A stretch of DNA of 64,000 bases from Raja brachyura. Lineage: Eukaryota. The stretch spans positions 14,508,001 through 14,572,000 of the forward strand of contig OY740810.1 in the NCBI GenBank assembly GCA_963514005.1. Direction: 5' to 3'. Shown here one piece after another: positions 12,001 through 24,000 of the stretch; position 1 is the stretch's first letter, and the number at the start of each line of letters is the position of its first letter. Below the pieces are notes generated by a model. It was not told the DNA's origin, made no database searches, and was given only the letters and a program-made list of their open reading frames with translations. The position numbers and the translations under genes were made by a program.

Positions 12001-15000
12001 CATATTGCACACCAAGAAAGATCCCCCTTCATTTGTCACCACCTTGATGATTTGTCACCACCTTGAACAAGCTTAAATCTTTAAAGAAAAACAGACACAA
12101 AGTGCTAGAATAACTCAGTGGGTCAAGCAGCATCCCTGGAGAAAATGGTGACGTTTCGGGTCGAGACTCTTTGTCAGACTGATTGTATTAGGGAGAGTGT
12201 AAAAATGTTTAACTTCATTTTGCTTTCCATCTCTTTCAGATATAGTCGAACCCCCGATAGTACCAGAAACGGAAAAACCAATTGAAGTAGTTCCGCAGGA
12301 ACAATTTAACGTCACCTTCAATGTGTTCAATCTGCCATTCACACCAAGTCTCCAAAATCTCAGTTCCCCATTGTACATGATCGAATCAGCGAACATTATT
12401 AATGAGGTAAACATAATATCTATGATTAGGATCGAGAATAATACATTTAATTATACTTTACGTACTAAAATGAAAATTTTAATTTCCAACAGCTGAATAA
12501 TCTGTTTGCCAATAGCAGTCTAAATTCATCATTTTTAAGGTGTCGGTCTGCATCTTTCCGGTAAGAAAATAATTATTTCTTTGAAAATTCCAAGATAACA
12601 TGAATGTAAACCTATATCAATGCTCAAACAGCATGCATTTATTAAATAATACTAAATAGCTAGTCATAGTAAGAAAATTCTACTCTCACTTTCATAGCCT
12701 GGTGTTTGCATGAGTTATGGACTAGTTTATCTACAATAACTGATAAATTATTGTAAATATTATTTTGCATCTAATATACCTGTTACATGTAAGAGTTTCT
12801 TTGTTTTGCTTCAATTGTGGTGGGTATGAAAAATAAACACTCTTTCATTGTCTCGCTTTTACACTATCATGGTCTAGTTTACTTAGAATAATAGATGATT
12901 TGTTGTACTTTTTTTAAAACTAATGTACTTGTAGAAAATAAGAGTGTCATTGTTCTAGTTCGTTTCCCGTGTATGTGCCAAATAAACTCTGAGGAGTTGA
13001 TTCCCTCACGGTATTGTCACAATCGATTTGGATCTTGCTAAGTAGTACTGATATTTCTGATTCAAATACATTTTTTACATTTAAATAACATTAATTTGGG
13101 GCTTCCAAACAAACTCAGACATGCAGGATGTACTCAGCTTTAGAAAGTCCCAATATGTCAGTTGATTTCATCTCCGACCCTCGCCTGGAGTTTATTAGAC
13201 TCAACTCCTAATAAGAGCGCCAAGTATTTTGCTTGAATTTAACCTCCTCAATGTGGTGTCGGATGTGAAATAGGATTAGAAAAGCAAATCTGTCAATGGG
13301 GATTCCATCAATGGCGATCCCCCTGTCAATTGGGATTATAGAGCAACAAATTCAGATGCAAAGGAAAAGATACGTTTCTTGTTAACTTAAATTATTAAGG
13401 TTAATTTAGCTAACGATATTCAATTTTTTAAACATTTCATCAACTTTACTTTGGTTATAAATCATTTTCTGCAATTTTCATTATTTTTAACCATCTTGGG
13501 AGATCTCAGAAATGTACTGTCTTCTGAAACTCACTCACGGAGTTGACAGCCAATATAACTAGAGACAGGACTATGCCTGATGTTAAAGCTTGAGGAGTGT
13601 TTGCTGGGTGGGGCATGTTCACTGTGCTTCTTGAGGCCCCACCATTTTGGCTGATATAGTTTTATGTTTTAGAGATACAATGTGGAAACAGGCCTATCAG
13701 TTCGACAAGTCCATGTCAACTATTATTCATCCATTAAACACTAGTTCTATGTTATCTCAATATTCTCGTCCACTCCCTAAACATTAAGTGCAATTTACAG
13801 AGGTTCTATTACCTACAAATATGCATGAACAACCGGAGGATACCCATGCAGTCACTGAGCGAAAGTACAAACTCCACCCAGACAGCACCGTTGATTAAAC
13901 CCGGATCTCTGGTGTTATGAGGCAGCAGCTCGACCAGCTGCACCACTGTGCCATTCTTTCCCCAGGATTCCTTGGGTCGGGAGATCTGGCAAGTTGGTCA
14001 TTTCGAAGGTAATAGGCAATGACACCAGGCAAGTGAAATGGCCCATCAGGCTCAGGTGCAACTTGTAACATAATTTTATTGAAGAAAAATAATTACATGG
14101 AAAACAGAAAGTGGTGAAAATATTCAGATGGACAGACAACATCTGTCATGACTGAAACAAATCATGACTGAAACGACCTGTTCATTTTACAAATTAATAC
14201 ATTAATTATTTATACAGGAATATATCTTTCTAGCTGTAACAGACATTTAATTATTTGGTATTAGGTTGAAAGGTTTTACGCTGCTCTTTGTCCATTACAG
14301 TCCAGCAAGTGATGGCAATACCAGAGTGGAAGCAATCTGTGTCTTCGAAACCCTTACTTCAGTTGATGAAGTTCAGATTTACCATGAATTTCAGAACAAC
14401 ACCGAAGGCATCACGGCTTTGGGGTCATATTCATTGGATAGCAACAGCCTGTTTGTGAATGGTACATCTTAATATTAATTAAATATCTAGTCAATTGTAT
14501 TAAAACTGCTACCTGATAATATTTCACTTTGTATGTGTTTTCTTACCCAGTGATATAACTATTCTCTTGATTTTGCAGGTTACCATGAAACATCACCGAC
14601 AACCAGTGAGTACCATTTCTAATTCTATATTTCACTAAATTTTCTTTTATAGCGAATATCAACAGTAAATATTCTTTACCAAACATTGAATAAATATTGT
14701 CATATGTCCCCTCCATATTAGTGATGTAGGCTTGGAAACCGTGTGACAATGGAAAGTGGATGAGATGTGACTGTCCCATCAACATCAATAGATTCACCAC
14801 CACTGATGGCCAGACACTCTATCATACTCAATCCAAAATACCCATGGTACAAATTACTATGACATTGGAAATGAAAAGCATTGACAGAGATGGCTAGAGC
14901 TGAGAGTCAGAGATGGCTAGAGCACAGAAGTAGTCTCTTTGGATCACTAATCCAATATTAATCATTTTTATTCTCTCCTCAACCGCATCATCAATGCCCT

Positions 15001-18000
15001 CCCATTGACATATTTACTTGGATAATTTTACAGTGGCCATTTAGCCTAGACCAATACATAATTTATCTATGTATAACACCTTGTCCAATCTTTACACTGA
15101 GAGATAAAAATGATTCGGCAAAAGCAATTTTTTAATTCATTGTTTAATAATTATTCTTAATTTCTTAACAGCAATATCACTAATCCTATATTAATCACAC
15201 TTATTATTCTCCCTTCATTAAAAGTAATTCACATTATTCCCTTCATTATGTATTTGTACACTGTGGATGGCATGATTGTAATCATAGACCGTTAGTGCCT
15301 TGATGGATACAGCACAGAAAATTGCTCTTTCGATCGTAGATTCTGTGCCAATGGCAATCTACCCCTTCATACTAATCCTATACTAATGACATTTTTTATT
15401 CTCCCTTCATCAAAAGTAATTCACATTATTCCCTTCATTATGTATTTGTACACTGTGGATGGCATGATTGTAATCATGTATAGCATTTCCACTAACTGGT
15501 TAGCATGCAACAAAAGCTTTTCACTTTCCCTCGGCACACATGACAAAGAACTAAACTCAAACGCAAACTCAAACATCCTCTTCAACTGCAGCAAGGTCCT
15601 ACCATTGACCTACTTATTTGGGTCATTTTGCAGTGGCCATAGAGCGTAGACCTATACATTATTCATCTATGTGTAACACTCTTTCCCTTCTTCACACCAA
15701 GTGTTAACAATAATTCAACAAAAAGCTTTTTTTTAATTGATTGTTTAATAATTTTACACAATTTCTTAACAGCAATATCACCAACACAGACCACAACTCC
15801 AAATTTGCAACCAAATCCCCTTGATTTTAACGTAACCTTCGTTGCAACTAACTTGACCTCAGCAGCAGATTTACAAGATCCCAATTCAGCATTGTTCAAC
15901 TCGACAGCAAGTGTTATTGTTTTGCAGGTCAGTTGACAAATTACTGATTGATTTAATCAATTCATTACTCATGGTTCAGACAGTCTAATACTCTAACCAT
16001 TGCCTTTTTACAGCTGAACCAACTGTTTCGCAGCAGTAATGTTAACAAAACCTTCTCCAGCTGCAGAGTTCTCTCATTCAGGTAAGGAAAACTAAGATTC
16101 ATCCGGGTCAGTATTTGCATCAACACCACATGCGACCTCAGAAAAGCAAATGTAACTGCAAATGCATCGACATTTCCTAAATGGTAACTCTGCTAGAAAA
16201 ATGGCAAGCTCATATTTAGACTTGTTTTTCCCAAAGATAATTCCCAAATCAATATTTGTGGATTTCTAGGGAGTTTCACAACGTCCATGGTGGTGCATCC
16301 CAAGTACTTCATGTGCCATGGACACAATGATGTGTAGGTTCATGGACATGCAGTGGTGCACCAGAAAATCAGGTGGTGACTTTCAGATTCTAGACAACTC
16401 CCGCATCATGCAGATATTGTGGTTGACTCATGTAAATGTTGCCACCGAGTGCTTGCAAGGTCTGATTTAGCATTGGTTTGAGAGGAAACAGATCCAGGCC
16501 ATGGATTGCAGTGGTGAAAGCCCATCTCTGATGGGCTCTGATGTACTGTTGATTCCCAATATCATGGCTCACCCCATTCCCAATGTATTAATTTGTGTAC
16601 TAAAATAATACCTCAGGAATCAATAATTGCACAGAAGCAGTCTACAGGGGAAATATTTAATTTATTTTGCAAATTGAATGCCATATCCCCGTCTAGAATT
16701 ATTTTTGGCAAATGACATACATATTACGTGCTTGAGTATATAAATATACAATTCCCCAAAGTTTCAATCAATGGTTTCTATTCCCAAACTGTCTGACATC
16801 TTAAGTCAAGCAGATTTACTCAATTACCTCTGCATCTATTCCACAGCCCCTCAGCTGTACAAGGCACCAGAGTGCATGCAAACTGCACCTTCACAAATGA
16901 CTCTGATACCCAGGATGTTAACAGGGTTAGATTGTACCGTGTGTTCAGAGACCTGTCTGAAGGCATCACCACTCTAGGACCATATGCTCTGGATAGTAAC
17001 AGCCTCTACGTGAACGGTATGTATCACTGAAGTTAGGATTTACTTCTGATCAAATTTATTGGATTCGAGTGAACATTCAGAAAATGTCATAATCTATCAA
17101 TTTCCCCTATTTAATGTACACATTTCGCCAGATACATAATTATTCTTTTAATCTTTCAGGTTACAATGAACCATCACCTTCAACAAGTGAGTACTGTTTT
17201 GAATTTGATATTTCACTAAAATATCCTTTTCTTGCAGTGGATAACAACAGTGAATATATTTACCAAACGTTCAATAAATATTGTCAGATGTTGTCTCCCT
17301 ATTAGTGATGTTAACACAGCTGGTGTATGACAATGGAAAGTGGATGAGATGTGACCATCCTATCATCATCAATGTTTTCATCTCCACTGCTGGCCATACA
17401 TTCCATCAGGCTCCACCCAAAATACCAATGTACCAATCTTTGCTTCATTGGAAATGATAATCATAGACCGTTAGTGCCATGATGGATACAGCACCGAAAT
17501 TGGCTCTTTGGATCGTAGATTCTGTGGCAATGGCAATCTACCCCTTTATTCTAATCCTATATTAATCACATTTTTTATTCTCCCTTCATCAAAAGTAATT
17601 CACATTATTCCCTTCATCATGTATTTGTACACTGTGGATGGCATGATTGTAATCATGTATAGCATTTCCACTAACTGGTTAGCATGCAACAAAAGCTTTT
17701 CACTTTACCTCGGTACACATGACAAAGAACTAAACTCAAACGCAAACTCAAACATCCTCTTTAACTGCAGCAAGGTCCTACCATTGACCGACTTATTTGG
17801 GTCATTTTACAGTGGCCACAGAGCTTAGACCTATACATTATTCATCTATGTGTAACACTCTTGCCCTTCTTTACACCAAGTGTTAACAATAATTCAACAA
17901 AAAGCTTTTTTTTAATTAATTGTTTAATAATTTTGCACAATTTCTTAACAGCAATATCACCAACACAGACCACAACTCCAAATTTGCAAACAAATCCCCT

Positions 18001-21000
18001 TAATTTTAACGTGACCTTCGTTGCAACTAACTTGACCTCAGCAGCAGATTTACAAGATCCCAATTCAGCATTGTTCAACTCGACAGCAAGTGTTATTGTT
18101 TTGCAGGTCAGTTGACAAATTACTGATTGATTTAATCAATTCATTACTCACGGTTCAGACAGTCTAATACTCTAACCATTGCCTTTTTACAGCTGAACCA
18201 ACTGTTTCGCAGCAGTAATGTTAACAAAACCTTCTCCAGCTGCAGAGTTCTCTCATTCAGGTAAGGAAAACTAAGATACATCCGGGTCAGTATTTGCATC
18301 AACACCACGTGCAACCTCAGAAAGGCACTTGTAACTGCAAATGCATCAACATTTCCTAAATGGTAACTCTGATAGAAAAATGGCAAGCTCATATTTAGAC
18401 ATGTTTTTCTCAAAGATAATTCCCAAACCAATATTTGTGGATTTCTAAGGAGTTTCACAACGTCCATGGTGGTGCATCCCAAGCCCTTCATGTGCCATGG
18501 ACACAATGATGTGTAGGTTCATGGACATGCAGTGGTGCACCAGAAAATCAGGTGGTGACTTTCAGATTCTAGACAACTCCCGCATCATGCAGATATTGTG
18601 GTTGACTCATGTAAATGTTGCCACCGAGTGCTTGCAAGGTCTGATTTAGCATTGGTTTGAGAGGAAACAGATCCAGGCCATGGATTGCAGTGGTGAAAGC
18701 GCTCTGATGTACTGTTGATTCCCAATATCATGGCTCACCCCATTCCCAATGTATTAATTTGTGTACTAAAATAATACCTCAGGAATCAATAATTGCACAG
18801 AAACAGTCTACAGGGGAAATATTTAATTTATTTTGCAAATTGAATGCCATATCCCCGTCTAGAATTATTTTTGGCAAATGACATACATATTACGTGCTTG
18901 AGTATATAAATATACAATTCCCCAAAGTTTCAATCAATGGTTTCTATTCCCAAACTGTCTGACATCTTAAGTCAAGCAGATTTACTCAATTACCTCTGCA
19001 TCTATTCCACAGCCCCTCAGCTGTACAAGGCACCAGAGTGCATGCAAACTGCACCTTCACAAATGACTCTGATACCCAGGATGTTAACAGGGTTAGATTG
19101 TACCGTGTGTTCAGAGACCTGTCTGAAGGCATCACCACTCTAGGACCATATGCTCTGGATAGTAACAGCCTCTACGTGAACGGTATGTATCACTGAAGTA
19201 GGATTTACTTCTGATCAAATTTATTGGATTCGAGTGAACATTCAGAAAATGTCATAATCTATCAATTTCCCCTATTTAATGTACACATTTCACCAGATAC
19301 ATAATTATTCTTTTAATCTTTCAGGTTACAATGAACCATCACCTTCAACAAGTGAGTACTGTTTTGAATTTGATATTTCACTAAAATATCCTTTTGTTGC
19401 AGTGGATAACAACAGTGAATATATTTACCAAAAAAAACAATAAATATTGTCAGATGTTGTCTCCCTATTAGTGATGTTAACACAGCTGGTGTATGACAAT
19501 GGAAAGTGGATGAGATGTGACCATCCTATCATCATCAATGTTTTCATCTCCACTGCTGGCCATACATTCCATCAGGCTCCACCCAAAATACCAATGTACC
19601 AATCTTTGCTTCATTGGAAATGATAATCATAGACCGTTAGTGCCTTGATGGATACATCACAGAAAATTGCTCTTTCGATCGTAGATTCTGTGTCAATGGC
19701 AATCTACCCCTTCATACTAATCCTATACTAATGACATTTTTTATTCTCCCTTCATCAAAAGTAATTCACATTATTCCCTTCATCATGTATTTGTACACTG
19801 TGGATGGCATGATTGTAATCATGTATAGCATTTCCACTAACTGGTTAGTATGCAACAAAAGCTTTTCACTTTACCTCGGTACACATGACAAAGAACTAAA
19901 CTCCAACGCAAACTCAAACATCCTCTTCAACTGCAGTAAGGTCCTACCATTGACCTACTTATTTGGGTAATTTTACAGTGGCCATAGAGCTTAGACCTAT
20001 CCATTATTCATCTCTGTGTAACACTGTTTCCTTCTTTACACCAAGTGTTAACAATAATTCAACAAAAAGCTTTTTTTATAATTGATTGTTTAATAATTTC
20101 TTAACAGCAATATCACCAACACAGACCACAACTCCAAATTTGCAAACAAATCCCCTTGATTTTAACGTGACCTTCGTTGCAACTAACTTGACCTCAGCAG
20201 CAGATTTACAAGATCCCAATTCAGCATTGTTCAACTCGACAGCAAGTGTTATTGTTTTGCAGGTCAGTTGACAAATTACTGATTGATTTAATCAATTCAT
20301 TACTCACGGTTCAGACAGTCTAATACTCTAACCATTGCCTTTTTACAGCTGAACCAACTGTTTCGCAGCAGTAATGTTAACAAAACCTTCTCCAGCTGCA
20401 GAGTTCTCTCATTCAGGTAAGGAAAACTAAGATACATCCGGGTCAGTATTTGCATCAACACCACGTGCAACCTCAGAAAGGCACTTGTAACTGCAAATGC
20501 ATCAATATTTCCTAAATGGTAACTCTGATAGAAAAATGGCAAGCTCATATTTAGACTTGTTTTTCCCAAAGATAATTCCCAAACCAATATTTGTGGATTT
20601 CTAAGGAGTTTCACAACGTCCATGGTGGTGCATCCCAAGCCCTTCATGTGCCATGAACACAATGATGTGTAGGTTCCTGGACATGCAGTGGTGCACCAGA
20701 AAATCAGGTGGTGACTTTCAGATTCTAGACAACTCCCGCATCATGCAGATATTGTGGTTGACTCATGTAAATGTTGCCACCGAGTGCTTGCAAGGTCTGA
20801 TTTAGCATTGGTTTGAGAGGAAACAGATCCAGGCCATGGATTGCAGTGGTGAAAGCCCATCTCTGATGGGCTCTGATGTACTGTTGATTCCCAATATCAT
20901 GGCTCATCCCATTCCCAATGTATTAATTTGTGTACTAAAATAATACCTCAGGAATCAATAATTGCACAGAAATAGTCTACAGAGGAAATATTTAATTTAT

Positions 21001-24000
21001 TTTGCAAATTGAATGCCATATCCCCGTCTAGAATTATTTTTGGCAAATGACATACATATTACGTGCTTGAGTATATAAATATACAATTCCCCAAAGTTTC
21101 AATCAATGGTTTCTATTCCCAAACTGTCTGACATCTTAAGTCAAGCAGATTTACTCAATTACCTCTGCATCTATTCCACAGCCCCTCAGCTGTACAAGGC
21201 ACCAGAGTGCATGCAAACTGCACCTTCACAAATGACTCTGATACCCAGGATGTTAACAGGGTTAGATTGTACCGTGTGTTCAGAGACCTGTCTGAAGGCA
21301 TCACCACTCTAGGACCATATGCTCTGGATAGTAACAGCCTCTACGTGAACGGTATGTATCACTGAAGTTAGGATTTACTTCTGATCAAATTTATTGGATT
21401 CGAGTGAACATACAGAAAATGTCATAATCTATCAATTTCCCCTATTTAATGTACACATTTCGCCAGATACATAATTATTCTTTTAATCTTTCAGGTTACA
21501 ATGAACCATCACCTTCAACAAGTGAGTACTGTTTTGAATTTGATATTTCACTAAAATATCCTTTTGTTGCAGTGGATAACAACAGTGAATATATTTACCA
21601 AAAAAAACAATAAATATTGTCAGATGTTGTCTTCCTATTAGTGATGTTAACACAGCAGGTGTATGACAATGGAAAGTGGATGAGATGTGACCATCCTATC
21701 ATCATCAATGTTTTCATCTCCACTGCTGGCCATACATTCCATCAGGCTCCACCCAAAATACCAATGTACCAATCTTTGCTTCATTGGAAATGATAATCAT
21801 AGACCGTTAGTGCCTTGATGGATACAGCACAGAAAATTGCTCTTTCGATCGTAGATTCTGTGTCAATGGCAATCTACCCCTTCATACTAATCCTATACTA
21901 ATGGCATTTTTTATTCTCCCTTCATCAAAAGTAATTCACATTATTTCCTTCATCATGTATTTGTACACTGTGGATGGCATGATTGTAATCATGTATAGCA
22001 TTTCCACTAACTGGTTAGTATGCAACAAAAGCTTTTCACTTTACCTCGGTACACATGACAAAGAACTAAACTCAAACGCAAACTCAAACATCCTCTTCAA
22101 CTGCAGTAAGGTCCTACCATTGACCTACTTATTTGGGTCATTTTACAGTGGCCATAGAGCTTAGACCTATACATTATTCATCTATGTGTAACACTCTTGC
22201 CCTTCTTTACACCAAGTGTTAACAATAATTCAACAAAAAGCTTTTTTTATAATTGATTGTTTAATAATTTTGCACAATTTCTTAACAGCAATATCACCAA
22301 CACAGACCACAACTCCAAATTTGCAAACAAATCCCCTTGATTTTAACGTGACCTTCGTTGCAACTAACTTGACCTCAGCAGCAGATTTACAAGATCCCAA
22401 TTCAGCATTGTTCAACTCGACAGCAAGTGTTATTGTTTTGCAGGTCAGTTGACAAATTACTGATTGATTTAATCAATTCATTACTCACGGTTCAGACAGT
22501 CTAATACTCTAACCATTGCCTTTTTACAGCTGAACCAACTGTTTCGCAGCAGTAATGTTAACAAAACCTTCTCCAGCTGCAGAGTTCTCTCATTCAGGTA
22601 AGGAAAACTAAGATACATCCGGGTCAGTATTTGCATCAACACCACGTGCAACCTCAGAAAGGCACTTGTAACTGCAAATGCATCAATATTTCCTAAATGG
22701 TAACTCTGATAGAAAAATGGCAAGCTCATATTTAGACTTGTTTTTCCCAAAGATAATTCCCAAACCAATATTTGTGGATTTCTAAGGAGTTTCACAACGT
22801 CCATGGTGGTGCATCCCAAGCCCTTCATGTGCCATGAACACAATGATGTGTAGGTTCCTGGACATGCAGTGGTGCACCAGAAAATCAGGTGGTGACTTTC
22901 AGATTCTAGACAACTCCCGCATCATGCAGATATTGTGGTTGACTCATGTAAATGTTGCCACCGAGTGCTTGCAAGGTCTGATTTAGCATTGGTTTGAGAG
23001 GAAACAGATCCAGGCCATGGATTGCAGTGGTGAAAGCCCATCTCTGATGGGCTCTGATGTACTGTTGATTCCCAATATCATGGCTCATCCCATTCCCAAT
23101 GTATTAATTTGTGTACTAAAATAATACCTCAGGAATCAATAATTGCACAGAAATAGTCTACAGAGGAAATATTTAATTTATTTTGCAAATTGAATGCCAT
23201 ATCCCCGTCTAGAATTATTTTTGGCAAATGACATACATATTACGTGCTTGAGTATATAAATATACAATTCCCCAAAGTTTCAATCAATGGTTTCTATTCC
23301 CAAACTGTCTGACATCTTAAGTCAAGCAGATTTACTCAATTACCTCTGCATCTATTCCACAGCCCCTCAGCTGTACAAGGCACCAGAGTGCATGCAAACT
23401 GCACCTTCACAAATGACTCTGATACCCAGGATGTTAACAGGGTTAGATTGTACCGTGTGTTCAGAGACCTGTCTGAAGGCATCACCACTCTAGGACCATA
23501 TGCTCTGGATAGTAACAGCCTCTACGTGAACGGTATGTATCACTGAAGTTAGGATTTACTTCTGATCAAATTTATTGGATTCGAGTGAACATACAGAAAA
23601 TGTCATAATCTATCAATTTCCCCTATTTAATGTACACATTTCGCCAGATACATAATTATTCTTTTAATCTTTCAGGTTACAATGAACCATCACCTTCAAC
23701 AAGTGAGTACTGTTTTGAATTTGATATTTCACTAAAATATCCTTTTGTTGCAGTGGATAACAACAGTGAATATATTTACCAAAAAAAACAATAAATATTG
23801 TCAGATGTTGTCTTCCTATTAGTGATGTTAACACAGCAGGTGTATGACAATGGAAAGTGGATGAGATGTGACCATCCTATCATCATCAATGTTTTCATCT
23901 CCACTGCTGGCCATACATTCCATCAGGCTCCACCCAAAATACCAATGTACCAATCTTTGCTTCATTGGAAATGATAATCATAGACCGTTAGTGCCTTGAT

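Noticed and set aside
12031-14920. Short direct duplications (ATTTGTCACCACCTTGA x2 at ~12031-12066; TCATGACTGAAAC x2 at ~14146-14174; CAGAGATGGCTAGAGC x2 at ~14885-14922)
   Set aside because: Ordinary slippage duplications in introns with no evidence of function.
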